Source of the DNA: Eledone cirrhosa
Taxonomy: Eukaryota
Reading direction: 5' to 3'
Length of the DNA: 64,000 nt
Assembly: GCA_964016885.1 (NCBI GenBank)
Contig: OZ024742.1
Span: 97,650,001-97,714,000 of the forward strand
Shown here: in pieces, positions 53,623-64,000 of the stretch
How positions within the stretch are numbered: position 1 is the stretch's first letter
How the letters are laid out: the number at the start of each line of letters is the position of its first letter
Notes under the pieces: model-generated
Seen by the model: only the letters and a program-made list of their open reading frames with translations
What the model was told of the DNA's origin: nothing
Database searches by the model: none
Translations under genes and position numbers: made by a program

Positions 53623-54822
53623 GGAATGTAGTTTTGTGTGTGATTATATTTTGTTGGTCTGTTGCGTGTGGGTCTGTAGCTTGTTGTTTCATGAGGGTGA
53701 ATGTGATGGTGGGGGTGGTATGTGTTGTGGTTGTTGATGAGCAAGGGTTCTGTTGTTGGTTCATGTGGTCTGGGTGCGTTATTTCTGTGGTACAGAGTGT
53801 TGAGGCTGGGGGGTTGTCTTTTGTTGGATTGAGGGTGATGTCTGGTGTGGTTGTGGGTAAGTTCTGTTGTGATTTCAAGTGGCCTGGGTGGATTTCTTCT
53901 GAGGAATGTGGTGTGTGTGTTGTGAGTTGGATCTATGTTATTTCGTCGTTGGTTTATGTAGGGGGCATTTCTACGGAAACCTGTGTTGTGGTGGTTGGGT
54001 GTGTTTCTTTTGGTGTAGTTGGCCGTATTTGGTTTGTGTTGGTGGGGGATGTGCCTGTGGTTAGTGTGTGTTGGGTTTGGTGGTGTAAATGTGTCTGTTG
54101 TAGTTCTTGTTATGTTCAAATGCTTTATAAAGGGGTTACCTGTTTGGTGCGTCCTTTTAAAGTCTTCTTCATATTTGAGGAACCAGTTTTCGGATTTTTC
54201 CCACCGTTTAAGGGAAATAGTTTCTGCATTCTCGCAGTCCTGTTTCCACGATTTGATTAAATTTTGTAGGGTTGTTCCCTCGGCCTTTTTAGTGCATTCT
54301 TCCTCCATATTTTTATCAGTATCCTTATACTCTTGCTCGTTTGAGGTGGCCCTTAATTTTAGGAGTTCTATTTCCATGTTTATCCTGTTGAGTGACATTT
54401 GTTCACGGAGTTTTCTTTCTGGTTCAGGTTCGTTTGTAATATGCTTTATTTGGAATTTACGTGGTAAAACTATCGGTGTTGAGTTGAGTTAATCCATTTT
54501 GGTAAATTCCAGCTTTGTTGAGGTTTTTATCATATTCCAGAAAGTGAATTTTCTGGTTTTTAGATGTTTTTTCCAGAGGTGTCCATTTGGTTTTTGATAT
54601 GGAGCAATGTCGTTTGTTCTGTGTTGGTATTCATAAGTTTTTCGATGGAGTTGCATACGTTTGAACGTTTAAATAAATTTGGTTGTCAGTCGGTGTGGTG
54701 GTTTGGGGTATATCCTGTTTTTTTGTCAGAATGGTGAGTTTTCCATTTATCTCTTTTAGGATTTTCAGGATTTCCTCATTGATATTGGAGTTTGAAGTGG
54801 TGTTGTCTTGTTCCAGTGCCAT
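53556..54822 (-). pseudogene. PLE ORF1 / N-terminal region (helical, then low-complexity), with indels in its 5' part
   Basis: MALEQDN...; WKKHLKTRKFTFWNMIK; PIVLPRKFQIKHITNEPEPERKLREQMSLNRINMEIELLKLR...YIPFLGK. Confidence 0.7.
53616..53622 (-). promoter_or_regulatory. Candidate -1 ribosomal frameshift slippery heptamer U_UUU_UUA
   Basis: ORF1 codons CCT TTT TTA GGG. A -1 slip reads AGG GAA AAG CCT GAA ATA CCA GGA TAC TCG ATG GCC..., in frame with ORF2. Confidence 0.55.
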
Positions 54823-55288
54823 TTTCCGGATTTGCGTAGGGTTAGTATATATGAAAAGTGTAATTTTCTACACAAAACGAAGGTTATAGAGAAAATTGAG
54901 GTTGGTAATGGCACATGGAATATATAAGAGACAGAATACTTTTTTGTGAAAAAACATAATTTTATAAGGTAAGGAAATAATAAAGGTATAAAAAATGACC
55001 GGTTTCGATGGGTCTGCAAAAGCCATCTTCTTATATTATGGAAAAATATATGTGTCTGTATGTATATATATATATATATATATTTGAAGGCCATTTCTCT
55101 CTGTGTGTGGGTGTATGTATGTGTGTGTGTGTGTGTGTGAGTATGTGTGTGCATGTGGATGTATGTATTGTGTGTGCGTGTGTGTGTGTGTGTGTGTATG
55201 TATGTGGGTATCTGGATGTATGTGTATATATATATATATATATGCATGTGTGTGTGTGTGTGTGTATATATATGTGTGTGTATGTGTG

Positions 55289-55319
<31 letters not shown>

Positions 55320-55371
55320 ATGTTTGTATGTGTGTATGTATATATATATGTGTGTGTGTATGTATGTGTGG

Positions 55372-55408
<37 letters not shown>

Positions 55409-55430
55409 TATATATATATATATATGTGTG

Positions 55431-55481
<51 letters not shown>

Positions 55482-55512
55482 GTGTATCTGGATGTATGTG
55501 TATGTATATATA

Positions 55513-55569
<57 letters not shown>

Positions 55570-55616
55570 ATGTGTATGTGTGTATGTATATGTATGTGTG
55601 TGTGTATGTATGTGTG

Positions 55617-55655
<39 letters not shown>

Positions 55656-55964
55656 GTATGTGTATGTATGTGTGGATGAAGGTATGTGTTATATATATGT
55701 ATGTATGTGTGGATGAAGGTATGTGTGTGTATATTGCTTCCACCCCCTCATTGACCAGCAGCTGGCTATTGCTAAATCTGACCTTTATAAAATAACCCAC
55801 ACCCCAAATAACTTCTCATTCACTACCAGAAAGGGACACAGCAGTCAACCTGTTGTTGCTACCTAGATGAAAACTGCTATGAAATCCCACAATGAATTTT
55901 ATACTTGAATTTTCAAGTCTCAAATTTTAACTCTTCGTATTATTAATTTTTCTTAATATTAATC

Positions 55965-56012
55965 AACATTTGAAAAGATGGCTTTTGCAGACCCATCGAA
56001 ACCGGTCATTTT
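55965..56012 (+). ncRNA. Minimal HHR motif, U3-A8 core variant (inverted pLTR copy)
   Basis: TTGAAAA 55970-55976, stem II GATGG/CCATC, GAAACCGGTC 55998-56007. Confidence 0.6.
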
Positions 56013-56157
56013 TTATACCCTTTATTATTTCCTTACCTTATAAAATTATGTTTTTTCACAAAAAAGTATTCTGTCTCTTATATATTCCATGTGCCATTAC
56101 CAACCTCAATTTTCTCTATAACCTTCGTTTTGTGTAGAAAATTACACTTTCATATAT

Positions 56158-59034
<2,877 letters not shown>

Positions 59035-59247
59035 CGTTTCTGAATTTGTTTAGCAAGATTCTTTATCTGAAATCGTGTGTTGAAACCGATATTGTTATAC
59101 TTTGGGAGGGTCATGTTGCCAATAAGAAACACACGCACCAGTTGCTTTCACTTCAATTTAATTTATTATATATTTATAAATTTACAAATTTATAAATTTC
59201 TGGTTGGTTGGTTGGTTCCACAACCAGATAGTTGTTTATATATATAT

Positions 59248-59292
59248 AGTCATAGTTCTTTCGTCACACACTCTGTGACCTCTTCAGTGACT
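59248..59292 (-). ncRNA. Type I hammerhead ribozyme motif (inverted copy)
   Basis: Reverse complement of 60007-60051. Confidence 0.8.
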
Positions 59293-60006
59293 GGGGATTT
59301 CTTTCTTCGTTTCTGTGCCTTTCCTTTCTTCTATCCTACGCCATTTTGTTTGTGTGTGGGTTGCGTGCTCCGTTTGCGCATGCGCCACATCCGGGTGTCT
59401 GTGTGTGTTTGTGTTCATTTTTCTATTTTTATATTTATATTTTTCTATTTGTTTGTTTATTTATTTATTTATTGTTGGTTGGTTGTTTGGTTGTTTGTTC
59501 TATGTGTGTGTGTGTTTTCATTTTGTCTTGTGTGTGTTTTCATTTTGTGTGTGTTTTCAATTGTAAGTTCTTTGTTCTATGTGATGAAAGACGCAATGTT
59601 TAGGCAAATTACAGAGGCAGTAAGCATAAAAGAATTAAAACCAAAATTAAATAGAAAATATGAGTGGAACAGCAACATCACAACTTACATTTAAGGACAA
59701 AATGAAAACACACACACACATAGAACAAACAACTTACAATTGAAAACACACACAAAATGAAAACACACACAAGACAAAATGAAAACACACACACACATAG
59801 AACAAACAACCAAACAACCAACCAACAATAAATAAATAAATAAACAAACAAATAGAAAAATATAAATAGAAAATAGAAAAATGAACACAAACACACACAG
59901 ACACCCGGATGTGGCGCATGCGCAAACGGAGCACGCAACCCACACACAAACAAAATGGCGTAGGATAGAAGAAAGGAAAGGCACAGAAACGAAGAAAGAA
60001 ATCCCC

Positions 60007-60051
60007 AGTCACTGAAGAGGTCACAGAGTGTGTGACGAAAGAACTATGACT
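60007..60051 (+). ncRNA. Type I hammerhead ribozyme motif
   Basis: AGTCA-CTGAAGA-G-GTCACA-GAGTG-TGTGAC-GAAAGAACTA-TGACT; stem I 5 bp, stem II 6 bp, CUA triplet. Confidence 0.82.
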
Positions 60052-60206
60052 ATATATATGTAAACAACTATCTGGTTGTGGAACCAACCAACCAACCAGA
60101 AATTTATAAATTTGTAAATTTATAAATATATAATAAATTAAATTGAAGTGAAAGCAACTGGTGCGTGTGTTTCTTATTGGCAACATGACCCTCCCAAAGT
60201 ATAACA

Positions 60207-63246
<3,040 letters not shown>

Positions 63247-63247
63247 A

Positions 63248-63470
63248 GGAAGACGATCGACTTTTTTGTCAAATCGGACCGAGGGAACAATGTTTCCGTT
63301 GGTCTTTCCAATTGCTAATACTATCTATCGGTCGCAACTCCAGGTAGAAGGAGCAACGTGAAATAAAGTGTCTTGCTCAAGGACATAACGCATCGCCTGG
63401 TCCAGGAATCGAACTCACAACCTTACGATTGCGAATACAATTCTCTAACCACTCAGCCACACGCCTTCAC
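63248..63470 (-). mobile_element. tRNA-derived SINE head and core with an unrelated 3' part
   Basis: GGCGTGTGGCTGAGTGGTTAG...GAGTTCGATTCC...GTCCTTGAGCAAGACACTTTATTTCAC. Confidence 0.8.
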
Positions 63471-63477
63471 ACAAATG

Positions 63478-63652
<175 letters not shown>

Positions 63653-63673
63653 GTATATATTTATATATATATG

Positions 63674-63786
<113 letters not shown>

Positions 63787-63805
63787 TATATTTGTATATA
63801 TATAT

Positions 63806-64000
63806 ATATTGTTATACTTGGGGAGAGTCATATTTGTGTAATATTGCCAGAATTAATAACCGAACACACTCACTGTTTGGTTGGTTTTTGCTTCTCGCTT
63901 CTGTGTCTTTTATATAGGTAATCTAATATTCTCGGTCCTCAATGTTGCCATTGACTGACCGGCGGTCAAAAATAATACAGATACAATATAGACATAAACA
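63806..64000 (-). mobile_element. Terminus of a PLE subfamily related to 59035-60208
   Basis: ATATTGTTATACTTGGGAGAGTCAT abutting (TA)n, similar to ATATTGTTATACTTTGGGAGGGTCAT. Confidence 0.55.

Larger units (their letters stand above)
50197..56157 (-). mobile_element. Penelope-like element 3 (Neptune-like): 3' pLTR, ORFs, partial tandem pLTR (54846-55028), inverted pLTR (55029-56157)
   Basis: 50197-50338 is repeated directly at about 54888-55028. 50197-51306 is inverted at about 55029-56116. Flanked by TA arrays. Confidence 0.92.
59035..60208 (+). mobile_element. Severely truncated PLE forming a near-perfect palindrome (inverted pLTRs around the GIY-YIG C-terminal tip)
   Basis: About 59090-59580 mirrors 59720-60208. 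The spacer encodes KDAMFRQITEAVSIKELKPKLNRKYEW. One HHR in each arm. Confidence 0.85.

Noticed and set aside
54631-54633. TGA as possible selenocysteine in a PLE (as reported for some Naiad elements); also TGA at 39673
   Set aside because: The frame after 54631 does not carry the likely conserved ORF1 motifs, the 39673 TGA replaces a conserved Gly codon (GGA), and no SECIS was recognised.
63380-63470. tRNA-like sequences with A/B boxes (also at 19057, 38649, 42957, 47501)
   Set aside because: No complete acceptor stem or cloverleaf, and each continues into a SINE core. These are SINE heads, not tRNA genes.

Overview
Eukaryotic, extremely AT-rich and repeat-saturated window with no host protein-coding gene that I can support. 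The SINE and RTE repertoire resembles octopod cephalopods (inference). Nearly all long ORFs in the track are translations of (TA)n/(TATATG)n microsatellites. The real content is a mobile-element cluster inserted into TA arrays. It holds three large Penelope-like elements (PLEs; RT plus C-terminal GIY-YIG) and several miniature PLE remnants, most with inverted pseudo-LTRs (pLTRs) and type I hammerhead ribozyme (HHR) motifs from about six unrelated sequence families. There are also several RTE-clade LINEs with a PHD finger, one frameshifted CR1-type LINE, tRNA-derived SINEs and two MITEs. Most notable: (1) a Neptune-like PLE whose ORF1 and RT-EN ORF overlap in the -1 frame across an in-phase U_UUU_UUA slippery heptamer; (2) a U3-A8 covariant hammerhead core in that element; (3) a recurrent architecture in which both ends of a PLE insertion are 3' ends offset by about 40-95 nt, shrinking to an 80-bp minimal insertion; (4) a Ginger-like MITE carrying HSE plus TATA motifs in both arms.
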